Of a DNA stretch of 64,000 nucleotides, positions 9,294-18,899 are shown piece after piece (the first letter of the stretch is position 1; every line of letters starts with the position of its first letter). This DNA comes from Candidatus Lustribacter sp. (lineage in GTDB: Bacteria; Vulcanimicrobiota; Vulcanimicrobiia; Vulcanimicrobiales; Vulcanimicrobiaceae): the NCBI GenBank assembly GCA_965277805.1, contig OZ255842.1:4736001-4800000 (forward strand), given 5' to 3'. A program made the translations under genes and the position numbers. Under the pieces are notes generated by a model. That model was not told the origin of the DNA, did not search any database, and saw nothing but the letters and a program-made list of their open reading frames with translations.

Positions 9294-9968
9294 GTGCTCC
9301 AAGCGCTCTTCGGGAACAAGAACAAGGATAAGCGCCGGCATACGCGCCGAGAGAAGGCGTTCTCTGCCGACTGGACTTCCGCGCCCGAAGTTGCCCCGAC
9401 CCCGGTCATCGGACTCGACGTGAGCGCGAGCGGCGCCGGCATTCTCTCGCGCGAAGAGATCAAACAAGAAGAGTTCATTCTTCGGCTCAAGCTCGACGAA
9501 CGCATCATCCCGACCCGCGTGAAAGTTGCGCGGCGGTTACCGGGAACGTTGCAAGGCGCGAAGGCATTCCGCTACGGCGTCGAGTTCGTGAGCATCTCGG
9601 CCGACGATTGGGATGCGGTCGTGCGCTGGTCGAAGGGCGGCGAGGCCGCCGAAGCCAGCAACAAAGTGAAGTCGGATCTCGAGATGGTCAAGATGACCGC
9701 CGACGATGCCGACCGTCTCATGCCGGTCGCGTTGCAAACGAAGTTGCTCAACGGCCTGACCCGCCGCGGCCGCCTCGCGCCGCTCGTGCCGAACCAGCAG
9801 CCGCTCGTCGGGTATTTCTACGGCGGCACGGTCAAACGCAACGGGATGATGATGCACCGTCTGGCGATCGTCTCGCGCGTGGCCGACGTCAACAACGGGC
9901 CGCCGGCCGAGTTCCGCACCATGTTCTACTTCGATGACGCCGGCGCGCACATCGAAATGGGCGATTAA
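9294..9968 (+). CDS. PilZ domain protein with unknown C-terminal domain
   Basis: RRHTRR and DVSASG c-di-GMP motifs; YGVEF strand. Confidence 0.8.
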   Translation: MLQALFGNKNKDKRRHTRREKAFSADWTSAPEVAPTPVIGLDVSASGAGILSREEIKQEEFILRLKLDERIIPTRVKVARRLPGTLQGAKAFRYGVEFVSISADDWDAVVRWSKGGEAAEASNKVKSDLEMVKMTADDADRLMPVALQTKLLNGLTRRGRLAPLVPNQQPLVGYFYGGTVKRNGMMMHRLAIVSRVADVNNGPPAEFRTMFYFDDAGAHIEMGD

Positions 9969-9982
9969 CGCCCAAGCCGCCC

Positions 9983-10921
9983 TCAGTGGCTAGGTTTGTA
10001 GATCATTTGATCGGCGGGAAACGGCGTGAACTTGCTGTATTTCGCCGCGACGTTGATCACCGGTTGTAAGAACGCGGGATTCAACGTCTCGCCGTACCGC
10101 ACGCGCAACATACCGGCGGCGGCGTCCGGATCCATCTTCGCGTACTTCAAGAGAATTTCAGCGCTCTTCGCATGGTTTGCGTTCGCCCATACCGCCGCTT
10201 CGTGAATCGCCGCGACGAAACGGTTGAGCAGGTCGGCGTGATCTTTGGCCCACGCAGCGTTGGTGAAGTAAGCGCTGACGAGAAATTCTTTCGCGATCGC
10301 GTCGTACGGCGCGCCGATGACGCGTTCGGTCTTGCGAGCGACCGATAAGAACGGTTCGGCGATCGTAATCGCGTCGACGCGGCCGGCATCGAGCGCGGGC
10401 TGCATCTGCGGAAACGGCAGTTCGACGAATTTTACCGTGCTCAAGTCGCCGCCGTTGGCCTCGATCCACGCGCGCGGGCCGTAACCGGAGATCGTGCCGA
10501 GGCCCGAGCCTGCGACGATTTTTCCGTTCAGATCTTTCGCGCTGTGAATCGATGAGTTTGCGGAGACCATCAGCAGGTTTACCGGTGCCGTCGACTCGCT
10601 CATGCCGGCCGGTGCGACGACGACGAACGGCACGTTGCGTCCGACGCCCGATGCGATCGAGACCATGTCGGAGTAGCCGATGTCGATCGCATTGCCGGCG
10701 ACCGCCGTCGCCACCGCGCCGCCGTTGGCACCGGCCTGGATGTCGACGTCGATCCCGGCTTTGGCGAAGAAGCCCATGTCCTTGGCGTAGTACACTTCTG
10801 CGCCGGCGTCGATCGGCACGGTCATCACGTGCACGACCGGCGGCGTTTGCGCGCCGGCCGGCAGTGCGAGCGCGCACATCCATATCGCTGCGAGAACAAC
10901 GTTGCGCAGGGTCGATGACAT
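9983..10921 (-). CDS. SsuA/THI5-family ABC substrate-binding protein
   Basis: Signal peptide; GFFAKAGIDV, DLNGK, GRVDA. Confidence 0.88.
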   Translation of the reverse strand: MSSTLRNVVLAAIWMCALALPAGAQTPPVVHVMTVPIDAGAEVYYAKDMGFFAKAGIDVDIQAGANGGAVATAVAGNAIDIGYSDMVSIASGVGRNVPFVVVAPAGMSESTAPVNLLMVSANSSIHSAKDLNGKIVAGSGLGTISGYGPRAWIEANGGDLSTVKFVELPFPQMQPALDAGRVDAITIAEPFLSVARKTERVIGAPYDAIAKEFLVSAYFTNAAWAKDHADLLNRFVAAIHEAAVWANANHAKSAEILLKYAKMDPDAAAGMLRVRYGETLNPAFLQPVINVAAKYSKFTPFPADQMIYKPSH

Positions 10922-10940
10922 AGCTAGTTCCCCCGTTCGT

Positions 10941-11525
10941 TCAAGTGAGGTTGGACGTTGCGCCGTCCGGAAGTTGTTGCGCGAACACGGCGAGCGTCGT
11001 TGCGGTAGCGGCGTACGCGCCCATCAGCATCACGAGGTTGACCAGCGTCTCGGTTTCGAACTGTTCGGCTGCGGCGGCGTAGGTGGAGCGGCGCACGCGG
11101 TGTTTGCCCAGCGCTTCGCGGCCGAGTTTGATGATCGCCGCTTCTTTGGCGCCGATGCCGCGCACGCGCTTGCGTTTGCGCACGATCTCGATGATCTCGT
11201 CCTCGAGGCCTTCGCGGCGCGCGTTGATCTCGTGCTGGTACCACTCAAAGTGAGAATCCATCTCGCGAGCGACCACGAGGATCGCCAGCTCGCGCAGCCG
11301 CACGTCGAGGCCGGTCTCGAAACGCAGCATCTGATTGAGCTTGTGGTGCGCGGCATAGACGCGCGGGCTGTGCAACACGATCCCGGCGGGCCCGCGAAAA
11401 CCGGCCAGCGAGCGCGGATCGTTGGCGACGCTGTCGTAGAGCGCTTGGCCCTCGGCGTCGAGCGGCTCGCGCTCGATCAACGGCAAACGGTTCCCAGATT
11501 CAGGAAAAACGTCACCCGGTCGCAT
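10941..11525 (-). CDS. Carboxymuconolactone decarboxylase/AhpD-like protein
   Basis: LHSP and LRELAIL.VA......EW.QH motif; GGAG before ATG 11525. Confidence 0.85.
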   Translation of the reverse strand: MRPGDVFPESGNRLPLIEREPLDAEGQALYDSVANDPRSLAGFRGPAGIVLHSPRVYAAHHKLNQMLRFETGLDVRLRELAILVVAREMDSHFEWYQHEINARREGLEDEIIEIVRKRKRVRGIGAKEAAIIKLGREALGKHRVRRSTYAAAAEQFETETLVNLVMLMGAYAATATTLAVFAQQLPDGATSNLT

Positions 11526-11601
11526 CTCCGGCCCCTTCGGTCCGGGCCGCGACCGCCCTTTGCACCGAGGGGGGCTTCTGCGATGGGGAGAAACCGATGC
11601 G

Positions 11602-12129
11602 ATGACGCGACAACGCACGGGAGCGCTGCTCATTCCCGAGGAGCACCTGGAGAAGCACCGTCGCCGGTTTGCGCGCTTCAAGCCGCTCAACGCGCAGGTG
11701 CTCTTCGCGGTTCGAGCGCTGGCCCAACGGATCAACGACGATGCCACCGAACGTCTCGCCGCGCTCGGGCTCACGGCTCGCCAATACAACTACCTCTCGG
11801 TGATCTACGTCGAGGAAAGCGTCACGCCGAACGAGATCGGGACGCTCATTCATACCGCGAATCCGACCGTTACCTCGATGCTCAACGCGCTCGAACGCGA
11901 CGGGCTCATCGTGCGCGAAGCGCATCCCGAAGACGGGCGCAGTTCGGTCGTGACGCTCACGCCGCGCGGCAAGACGCTCTATGAAAAAGCGTTCCAGCTC
12001 CATCACGATCCGCTCGAGGAAACGATGGCCGCGCTGAGCCTAGACGAGCGCAAAAAGCTGGTCGACGTGCTCGTTCGCCTGGGCGATTCTTTCGCCGAGT
12101 CGGGTAAGCAGAAAAAGAAGGCCAATTGA
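11602..12129 (+). CDS. MarR-family transcriptional regulator
   Basis: GLT..QY..L, LE.DGLI.R..HPEDGR...V.LT..G; GGAG RBS. Confidence 0.92.
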   Translation: MTRQRTGALLIPEEHLEKHRRRFARFKPLNAQVLFAVRALAQRINDDATERLAALGLTARQYNYLSVIYVEESVTPNEIGTLIHTANPTVTSMLNALERDGLIVREAHPEDGRSSVVTLTPRGKTLYEKAFQLHHDPLEETMAALSLDERKKLVDVLVRLGDSFAESGKQKKKAN

Positions 12130-12170
12130 CTTTTAGGGTAGGGCACCCTAGAATGTTGTTAGAATACTAA
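12126..12170 (+). promoter_or_regulatory. Sigma70-type promoter with downstream inverted repeat (candidate operator)
   Basis: TTGACT(12126)-17 bp-TAGAAT(12149), then TTAG-AATA-CTAA (12159-12170), ahead of the catabolic operon. Confidence 0.75.
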
Positions 12171-12183
12171 GGACGAGGATTGC

Positions 12184-12561
12184 ATGCAAGACGTTAAGGT
12201 AATCGCGACGCGGTACACCGATCGCGAGAAGACCGATCCAAACGCGCGGATCATGAACCCGGCCGATTTCATCAAAGTGAATCCCGAGAAGCTGCAATCG
12301 GGACGGATGTACGTGGGCGATGAGTTTCGCGCGGTCGTACTGACCTTGACGCCGGGGCAGGCGCAGACGCTGCACATGCATCCCGAAACCTCGCACGCCT
12401 GGTTCATCATTTCCGGCAGCGGCGAAGTGACGATGGAAGACGGCCGTAAAGAGCGTGCGAGCGCCGGCCAGTTTTGCGTGCATCCGCGCAACAGCGTGCA
12501 CGGCATCACCAACGACACGAACGAAAACCTCACCTACATCGCCCTGTCGATCGGCGACTGA
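12184..12561 (+). CDS. Cupin domain protein
   Basis: PGQ.Q.LHMHP and P.N.VHG cupin motifs. Confidence 0.85.
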   Translation: MQDVKVIATRYTDREKTDPNARIMNPADFIKVNPEKLQSGRMYVGDEFRAVVLTLTPGQAQTLHMHPETSHAWFIISGSGEVTMEDGRKERASAGQFCVHPRNSVHGITNDTNENLTYIALSIGD

Positions 12562-12571
12562 GAGAAACACG

Positions 12572-13549
12572 ATGTTGTCAGCGAAAGATTTCCACGGCTT
12601 GTGGGCGATCATCCCGACGCCTTCGAAACCCGGCGCCGATCGCGCCGACGCGGTCGATACGGTGGATCTCGAAGAGACCGCGCGCGTCGTCGACAAGCTG
12701 ATCAAAGACGGCTCCGATGCGCTGATCGTGCTGGGCACGACCGGCGAGTGCGCGACGCTGACGCGCAGCGAATACGAAGCCTTCGTCGACACGGTGCTGA
12801 CGACGGTTAACAAGCGTATCCCGTGCTTCATCGGCACGACGGCGCTCGGCACCCACGAAGTCGTCTATCGCACGCGCTTCGCGCAAGACCGCGGCGCCGA
12901 CGGCATCCTGCTCGGCCTGCCGATGTGGCAGCCGCTCACGGTCGTGCAAGCCGTGGAGTACTATCGCAGCGTCAGCGAGCTGTTCCCGAAACTCGCGATT
13001 CAAGTCTACGGCAACCCGCGCGCCTTCCGTTTTGCGTTTCCACCCGAGTTCTGGGCTGCGGTGGTCAAGGCCGTGCCGAACATCACCTCGGCGAAATACT
13101 CGCGTCCGAAAGCGCTGCTCGAATCACAAGCCGCCTCGAACGGCAAAGTGCACTTTCTGCCCAATGACGGCGGCGTGATGCAGTTCGTCGATCTGGCGCC
13201 GGAAACGACGACGGCCTGCTGGTCGACCGCGGCCTCGATGGGTCCGGAGCCGGCCCTGGCGCAGATCCGCGCGATCCAATCGGGCGACCTCGAGCGCGCG
13301 CGCGCGATCGCCAAAGACCTGAAGTGGACGCGCGAACCGATCGCGCCGATCGTCGCCGACGCCGACCTCTTCGCAAGCTACAACATCCAGCTCGAAAAGA
13401 CGCGCATCGGCCTCGCCGGTTACTGCAAAGCCGGTCCGTTGCGGCCGCCCTACAACGTGTACCCTGAAGAATATCACGCGCTCTTCCAGGAAAACGCAAC
13501 GCGCTGGCGCGAGCTGTGCGAGCGTTACTCGAAGGTAGCCGCTCCGTGA
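12572..13549 (+). CDS. DHDPS-family hydratase-aldolase, NahE/PhdJ-like
   Basis: G.W.I.PTP, TVDLEETAR.V, GTTGECATLT, PMW, YGNP.AF.F.FP..FW, SAKY closely follow NahE as recalled. Confidence 0.85.
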   Translation: MLSAKDFHGLWAIIPTPSKPGADRADAVDTVDLEETARVVDKLIKDGSDALIVLGTTGECATLTRSEYEAFVDTVLTTVNKRIPCFIGTTALGTHEVVYRTRFAQDRGADGILLGLPMWQPLTVVQAVEYYRSVSELFPKLAIQVYGNPRAFRFAFPPEFWAAVVKAVPNITSAKYSRPKALLESQAASNGKVHFLPNDGGVMQFVDLAPETTTACWSTAASMGPEPALAQIRAIQSGDLERARAIAKDLKWTREPIAPIVADADLFASYNIQLEKTRIGLAGYCKAGPLRPPYNVYPEEYHALFQENATRWRELCERYSKVAAP

Positions 13550-14457
13550 CGTCCACTCCGGCCGTGACGGCGGTTCGCAGCGTCGAACTCGGCGTCCGCG
13601 ACCTCGATGCATCATCGGCCTTCTATCAAGACACGTGGCTGCTCGACGAAGTCGCGCGCACACCGACGGCCGTCTATCTGCGCGCGGCCGGATCCGAGCA
13701 CCACGTGCTCGCCATTCACGGCGATCAGCCGTTCGGCGTCGTGCGCATCAATCTCGCGGCACCCGATCGGGCAGCGGTCGACGCACTGCACGACGCAGTG
13801 CTCTCAGCGGCGGTGCCGATCGTCCATGCGCCGCGCGATCTCGATGAACCCGCCGGCGGTTACGCGTTCGCCTTTACCGACTACGAAGGACGGGAGTTCC
13901 GCATCGTCGCCGGCTTGCCCGTACACCGTGAAGTCGACCACTCGAACGACCGGCCGGAGAAGGTGAGCCATATCGTCTTGAACGCCGAGGCGGAGAGCGG
14001 CAGCGCGAAGCTTTTCTGCGAGAAGCTCGGGTTCCGGTTGCGCGATCAAACGGGCCGGGCGAATTTCATCGGCTGCAACGCCGATCATCACAGCCTGGCT
14101 TTCGGCCGCGTCGGCGGCAGCGCGATGAACCACGTTGCGTTCGACATCCACGATCTCGACGGCGAGATGCGAGCGGCCGGCCGCATGAAGCGCGGCGGGC
14201 ATCCGATCGAGTGGGGCGTCGGCCGTCATGGCCCCGGCCACAACGTTTTCGCCTATTTTATCGACCCCAACGGTTACGCCATCGAGTACACGACCGAGAT
14301 GGATCAAGTCGACGATGCAAAATACGTCCCGGGTACACCCGAGACGTGGAAGCGCGCGCCGCACTCGGACGCGTGGGGCATCGCCGACCCGCCGACCCAA
14401 CGTTTTCGCGACGCGATCACCGGAAAGCTAGGTGCTTATGCTGAGTCAACAAGATAA
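13546..14457 (+). CDS. VOC-family extradiol ring-cleavage dioxygenase
   Basis: Two VOC modules; SHIVL, DHHSLA, GRHGPG, YFIDPNGYAIEY; GTGA overlap. Confidence 0.85.
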   Translation: MTSTPAVTAVRSVELGVRDLDASSAFYQDTWLLDEVARTPTAVYLRAAGSEHHVLAIHGDQPFGVVRINLAAPDRAAVDALHDAVLSAAVPIVHAPRDLDEPAGGYAFAFTDYEGREFRIVAGLPVHREVDHSNDRPEKVSHIVLNAEAESGSAKLFCEKLGFRLRDQTGRANFIGCNADHHSLAFGRVGGSAMNHVAFDIHDLDGEMRAAGRMKRGGHPIEWGVGRHGPGHNVFAYFIDPNGYAIEYTTEMDQVDDAKYVPGTPETWKRAPHSDAWGIADPPTQRFRDAITGKLGAYAESTR

Positions 14458-15703
14458 CGAGCGCTTGACGCGGGTCGGCCCCGGCACGCCGATGGGCAAC
14501 CTGTTCCGCCGCTATTGGATCCCCGCGCTGCTTTCCGAAGAGCTGGTCGAGGCCGATGGCCCGCCGGTGCGCGTGCGCTTACTCGGCGAAGACCTGGTGG
14601 CGTTCCGGGACACGGAAGGCGTGGTCGGCATCGTGTCGGCGTATTGTCCGCACCGCCGCGCGCCGATGTTCTTCGGCCGCAACGAAGATTGCGGTTTGCG
14701 TTGCGTGTATCACGGCTGGAAGTTCGATCGCAACGGCGCGTGCGTCGACATGCCGTCTGAGCCGCCGGATTCGCTGTTCAAAACGAAAGTCACGATCGAC
14801 GCCTATCCCACCTGGGAAGGCGGCGGCATGGTGTGGATCTACATGGGGCCGCTGGAGCTGAAGCCGGCGCCGCCGGATCACGAGTTGGTGCGCGCGCCCG
14901 CGAATCACCGTCACGTTTCGAAGCTGTTCGAAGATTGCAACTACCTGCAGGCGCTCGAGGGCGGCATCGATCCGACGCACGCAACGATCCTGCACAACGT
15001 CAAGATCGGCGATCGTTCGTTCCTCAACAAGTACGACGAGCTGGTTGCGGCGCTCGACATCGAGACGACCGATTACGGCTTCACCTACGCCGGCATCCGT
15101 CAGCACGCCGATTTCGACTGGATCCGCGTTTATCACTGGATCATGCCGTCGTATCACATGCGCGGCAGCGTGGCCGGCTTGTTCAACAAGCCCGGACAGA
15201 TCCCGACGATCAACGGCCACATCTGGGTCCCGATCGACGATTACAAGAGCTGGGTGTTCAGCTTCACGTATTCGGCCGATCCGAATCAGCCGATCTCGCA
15301 TGAGCACGTCGAGGAACAGGAAACGCGCCTCGGCCGCGGCACGAATACCGGCCCCGGCTACATGCCGGTCCGCAACCGCTCCAACGACTACCTCATCGAC
15401 CGGCAGTTGCAGAAGACCGAGAGCATGACCGGCATCGCCGGCGTCAACACGCAGGACTACGCATTGCAAGAAGGCATGGGTCCGATCGTCGACCGCACCA
15501 AGGAACACGTCGGTACGACGGATCGCGCTATCATCTTGCTGCGCAAAGTGCTGCTGGACGCGCTCAACACGATGGAAAAGGGCGGTACGCCGCCGGCGGT
15601 CGATCCGTCATCGTACCGCGGCGTGCGCGCGGTCGACCGCACGATTCCCAAGGGCACGGAATGGAAGGTCGTCTGCGAGCCGGATGCGGTAGCGTTGTTC
15701 TGA
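14438..15703 (+). CDS. Rieske non-heme iron oxygenase (phthalate dioxygenase/LigX-like)
   Basis: CPHR...CVYHGW Rieske site; EGGID..H....H; QD. Confidence 0.92.
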   Translation: MLSQQDNERLTRVGPGTPMGNLFRRYWIPALLSEELVEADGPPVRVRLLGEDLVAFRDTEGVVGIVSAYCPHRRAPMFFGRNEDCGLRCVYHGWKFDRNGACVDMPSEPPDSLFKTKVTIDAYPTWEGGGMVWIYMGPLELKPAPPDHELVRAPANHRHVSKLFEDCNYLQALEGGIDPTHATILHNVKIGDRSFLNKYDELVAALDIETTDYGFTYAGIRQHADFDWIRVYHWIMPSYHMRGSVAGLFNKPGQIPTINGHIWVPIDDYKSWVFSFTYSADPNQPISHEHVEEQETRLGRGTNTGPGYMPVRNRSNDYLIDRQLQKTESMTGIAGVNTQDYALQEGMGPIVDRTKEHVGTTDRAIILLRKVLLDALNTMEKGGTPPAVDPSSYRGVRAVDRTIPKGTEWKVVCEPDAVALF

Positions 15704-16815
15704 TGGAATCACAGCACCAGGCGGCCCGGTACGGTATCGATTCCTATCTCGATTGGGTCGCGCACGAGAAGCTGCTCGTGCACACGGGCCTCGCCATCGA
15801 CTGCTTCAAAGTCGAAACGCGCGAGTGGGCGCGCGCCGGCGTGCCTTCGGCCGTGCTCCATCTCGACGGCCGCGGCGACTTCTGCAACGCCTTCGTCTTC
15901 AACATTCCGGCCGGCGGCTCGACCATTCCGCAGCGGCATCTCTACGAAGAGATCGTCTACGTTCTCGAGGGCAACGGCTCGACGCAGATCGAGTTACCCA
16001 ACGGCGAAAAGCGCAGCTTCGAGTGGGGACCGACATCGCTATTTGCGATCCCGCTCAATGCGACGTATCGCCACTTCAACGCCAGCGGTCTCAAGCGCGC
16101 GCTCATCACCACGACCACCAACGCGCCGATGATGCTGAACCTCTTTCACAACGAGCGCTTCGTGTTCGACAACCCGTTCTTTTTCGACGACCGGGTCGGG
16201 AAGCAAGAGTACTTCGCGGGCGAGGGCGTGCTCAACATCGTGCGCCAAGGCAACAATACCTGGGAAACCAATTTCATCGCGAGCCTCGAGACGATCGATC
16301 TGCCCGACTTCTCCGATCGCGGCGCGGGCGGCGGCAACCTGATCTTCCTACTCGCCGACAGCTCGATGCACGCGCATGTCTCGGAGATGCCGGCCGGCAC
16401 CTACAAGAAAGCGCATCGCCACGTCGCCGGCTATAACGTCATGTGCGTGGCCGGCAGCGGCTTCTCGCTGATGTGGTTTGAAGGCGATCAGGAGTACGTG
16501 CGCATCGACTGGCACCACGGCGTGCTCTTTCCGCCCGCGCACCATCAGTTCCACCAGCACTTCACCACGAGCACGGTCGCGGCGCGCTACCTCGCGATGG
16601 GTTTCGGCAGCCTGCGCTATCCGTTCACGCAGGAACGCCGCGACGAAATTCTCGGCAAGGACGTGAAGTTCTCGACCAGCATCAAAAAGGGCGGCGACCA
16701 GGTCGAGTACGAGGACCAGGACCCGCGCATCCACCCCATCTGGCTTGCGGAAATGAAGAAGAACGGCCTCACCCCGCGCATGGACAAATACATCAAGACC
16801 GCCGAACCGGTCTAG
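15703..16815 (+). CDS. Bicupin protein, gentisate 1,2-dioxygenase-like
   Basis: Two cupin domains (QRHLYEE..YVLEG; AHRH...FHQH); TGATG coupling. Confidence 0.75.
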   Translation: MESQHQAARYGIDSYLDWVAHEKLLVHTGLAIDCFKVETREWARAGVPSAVLHLDGRGDFCNAFVFNIPAGGSTIPQRHLYEEIVYVLEGNGSTQIELPNGEKRSFEWGPTSLFAIPLNATYRHFNASGLKRALITTTTNAPMMLNLFHNERFVFDNPFFFDDRVGKQEYFAGEGVLNIVRQGNNTWETNFIASLETIDLPDFSDRGAGGGNLIFLLADSSMHAHVSEMPAGTYKKAHRHVAGYNVMCVAGSGFSLMWFEGDQEYVRIDWHHGVLFPPAHHQFHQHFTTSTVAARYLAMGFGSLRYPFTQERRDEILGKDVKFSTSIKKGGDQVEYEDQDPRIHPIWLAEMKKNGLTPRMDKYIKTAEPV

Positions 16816-17138
16816 GTCGCTTTCCGGGCCTCAAAAACATCGTAGGCGATATTGCCGGCGGAGACCGCACTGGGATGGCCCGCGTAGAACGCGACGTGGG
16901 TCATCATCTCGGCGAGTTCGTCCTGCGTGACGCCGTTGTCGAGCGCGAAGCCGATGTGATAGCGCAACTGATCGGGCCGGTAGAGCGCGGTTAACACAGC
17001 GCAGGTGATGAGGCTGCGGTCGCGCTTGGAGAGTTGCGGCCGCTCCCACACATCGCCGAAGAGCACGTTCATCGCGATGTCCCAAAGTTTGGGCAGCGCC
17101 ATGGCCCACTTGGGCATGTGAGCCGGCTGTTCGGGCAT
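16812..17138 (-). CDS. Carboxymuconolactone decarboxylase family protein
   Basis: LFGDVWERPQLS.RDRSLIT and H.AFYAG.P. Confidence 0.9.
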   Translation of the reverse strand: MPEQPAHMPKWAMALPKLWDIAMNVLFGDVWERPQLSKRDRSLITCAVLTALYRPDQLRYHIGFALDNGVTQDELAEMMTHVAFYAGHPSAVSAGNIAYDVFEARKAT

Positions 17139-17213
17139 GGTATCCTCCGTCGTCGTCCGAGTCGTTGTGCTTCGCAGCGCGGTGTTCGGGAAGACGGCGG
17201 CGAACCCCGGCGC

Positions 17214-17657
17214 ATGCCGTTACGCATCGGAGATGCCGCACCCGATTTCACGCTTCAGAGTTCGGATGGCCGCGACGTTGCGCTGTCATCGTTCCACGGC
17301 GCGCAAAGCGTGGTGCTGATCTTCTATCCGAAAGATCAAACGCCGGGCTGCACCAAACAACTGTGCACGGCGAGCAACGACGCGGCGGCGTTCGCATCCG
17401 CGGGCGCCGCGGTCTTCGGCGTCAACGGCGACAACGCCGCATCGCACGAGCGCTTCATCGCCAAGTACCAGCTCGCAATGCCGCTGCTGATCGATCCCGG
17501 CCTTATGGTAGCGAAGGCCTACGACGCCGTTGCCGGCTTCGGTCCGATCAAAATCGTCAACCGCACGGTGGTCGGCATCAACCGCGCCGGCCGCATCGCC
17601 TTCTACCAGCGCGGCATGCCCGACACCCCAACCATCCTCAGCGCTCTCTTGTCCTGA
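17214..17657 (+). CDS. bcp: Peroxiredoxin, BCP/PrxQ family
   Basis: GD.APDFTL; FYPKDQTPGCTKQLC. Confidence 0.9.
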   Translation: MPLRIGDAAPDFTLQSSDGRDVALSSFHGAQSVVLIFYPKDQTPGCTKQLCTASNDAAAFASAGAAVFGVNGDNAASHERFIAKYQLAMPLLIDPGLMVAKAYDAVAGFGPIKIVNRTVVGINRAGRIAFYQRGMPDTPTILSALLS

Positions 17658-17697
17658 GCTTGTCGAACAAGCATGTCACCCCGAGCTTGTCGAGGGG
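17651..17697. repeat. Tandem REP-like element (2 copies of GAGCTTGTCGA)
   Basis: gtcctGAGCTTGTCGAac and gtcaccccGAGCTTGTCGAgggg between convergent genes; second copy flanked by cccc/gggg. Confidence 0.65.
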
Positions 17698-17702
17698 CCG
17701 CC

Positions 17703-18170
17703 CTAACCGTCGCTGTACGCGAGGTTATGCCGCACTCGCGCGGCCACGCTCCGAAACGTCTTCAAATCACTCGCACTAATCCCGCGAATGGCATCAGCCT
17801 GAGCGGAGTCGATTGCAGCGCGAATCGGTTGACGTAGCGCGCGGCCCTTGGGCGTGAGGTAGATCAGCGCTTTACGGCGATCCGTTGCGTCCTTGCGGCG
17901 TTCGACGATCTTCGCGCGTTCAAGCGTATCTATCACCGTGACGACCGTCGATGGATCGACGCCGACGCGTTCGCTCAACTCTGCTTGCGAGATGCCGTTC
18001 GTCTCGAACAGCGCGCGCAAATAATAGTAATGCTTGAAGGGGATCCCGATCTTCGCCAGTTCGGCGGCAAAGCGGCGCGACATCGCTTTGTGCGTGTGCC
18101 GCAGTACGTAGCCCACGCCCGAGCTGGACGGAATCGGGATCGCCGCGTCCGGAGATTTTTCTGCGCTCAT
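17703..18170 (-). CDS. MarR-family transcriptional regulator
   Basis: SQAELS...VD.STV...ID.LE...V.R..D..DRR...I.LT.KG. Confidence 0.92.
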   Translation of the reverse strand: MSAEKSPDAAIPIPSSSGVGYVLRHTHKAMSRRFAAELAKIGIPFKHYYYLRALFETNGISQAELSERVGVDPSTVVTVIDTLERAKIVERRKDATDRRKALIYLTPKGRALRQPIRAAIDSAQADAIRGISASDLKTFRSVAARVRHNLAYSDG

Positions 18171-18174
18171 GCTC

Positions 18175-18239
18175 TTGACAATATAATCGAACCCGATTAA
18201 GAATACAAGGACATCCATATATTGGACTTCCAAGTATAT
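18175..18239. promoter_or_regulatory. Divergent promoter region with candidate MarR operator(s)
   Basis: TTGACA at 18175; AT-rich; atataTTGGA-CT-TCCAAgtatat (core 18222-18233) and a weaker GGA-CA-TCC at 18209-18216. Confidence 0.6.
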
Positions 18240-18262
18240 CCACACCCAGCCGGGAGGCCCGT

Positions 18263-18631
18263 ATGACCGAAGTCTTTGCCGGAACGATCGGTGAGATCAT
18301 CGAGAACAACGATCGCACGATCGTCAAACACGGCAAGCTCGAGATCGGCGTTCTGCATCGCAACGGCGAACTTTACGCGTACAACAACCACTGCGTCCAC
18401 CAAGGCGGACCGGCGTGCGAGGGCATGATCATCGCACGCGTCGAGGACGTCATGCTGCCCGACAAGACGGTCACGGGCCAGCGCTTCAACCACGACGAGA
18501 TGCATTTCGTCTGTCCTTGGCACGGCGTGGAATACGATTTGAAAACCGGCGCGTGCGTGCCCAATCCCAAACGCCGCTTGCAAAAATTCGATGTCGTGCA
18601 GAAAGGGAATGAAGTTTATGTCATCATCTGA
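18263..18631 (+). CDS. Rieske [2Fe-2S] ferredoxin
   Basis: CVHQGGP...CPWHG; GGAGG RBS. Confidence 0.92.
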   Translation: MTEVFAGTIGEIIENNDRTIVKHGKLEIGVLHRNGELYAYNNHCVHQGGPACEGMIIARVEDVMLPDKTVTGQRFNHDEMHFVCPWHGVEYDLKTGACVPNPKRRLQKFDVVQKGNEVYVII

Positions 18632-18899
18632 GATGGTCGCAACCTTGACGCCTGAAGGCGCTCTCGAGACGCTCGATTCCGCTGCGTTGCAGCAGCTCGT
18701 CGCCGCCGCGGTGCGCGAGTACGCGAAACGCGCCGATAGCCCGGGCGGCTACTTCCCGATCGTCCCCACGAGTACGATCACCGCAACCGACGCCATGATC
18801 GCGTGCACAGCCTTGCTCAAGGTCGTCAATATCGCCGTGTTCGAGTTGGGCTTGTGGCAATCGTGGGCCGGCGGCATCCCGCAAGAGGTTCCGGCATGA
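18618..18899 (+). CDS. Small hypothetical protein
   Basis: Overlaps both neighbours, which suggests translational coupling; no recognised domain. Confidence 0.7.
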   Translation: MSSSEMVATLTPEGALETLDSAALQQLVAAAVREYAKRADSPGGYFPIVPTSTITATDAMIACTALLKVVNIAVFELGLWQSWAGGIPQEVPA

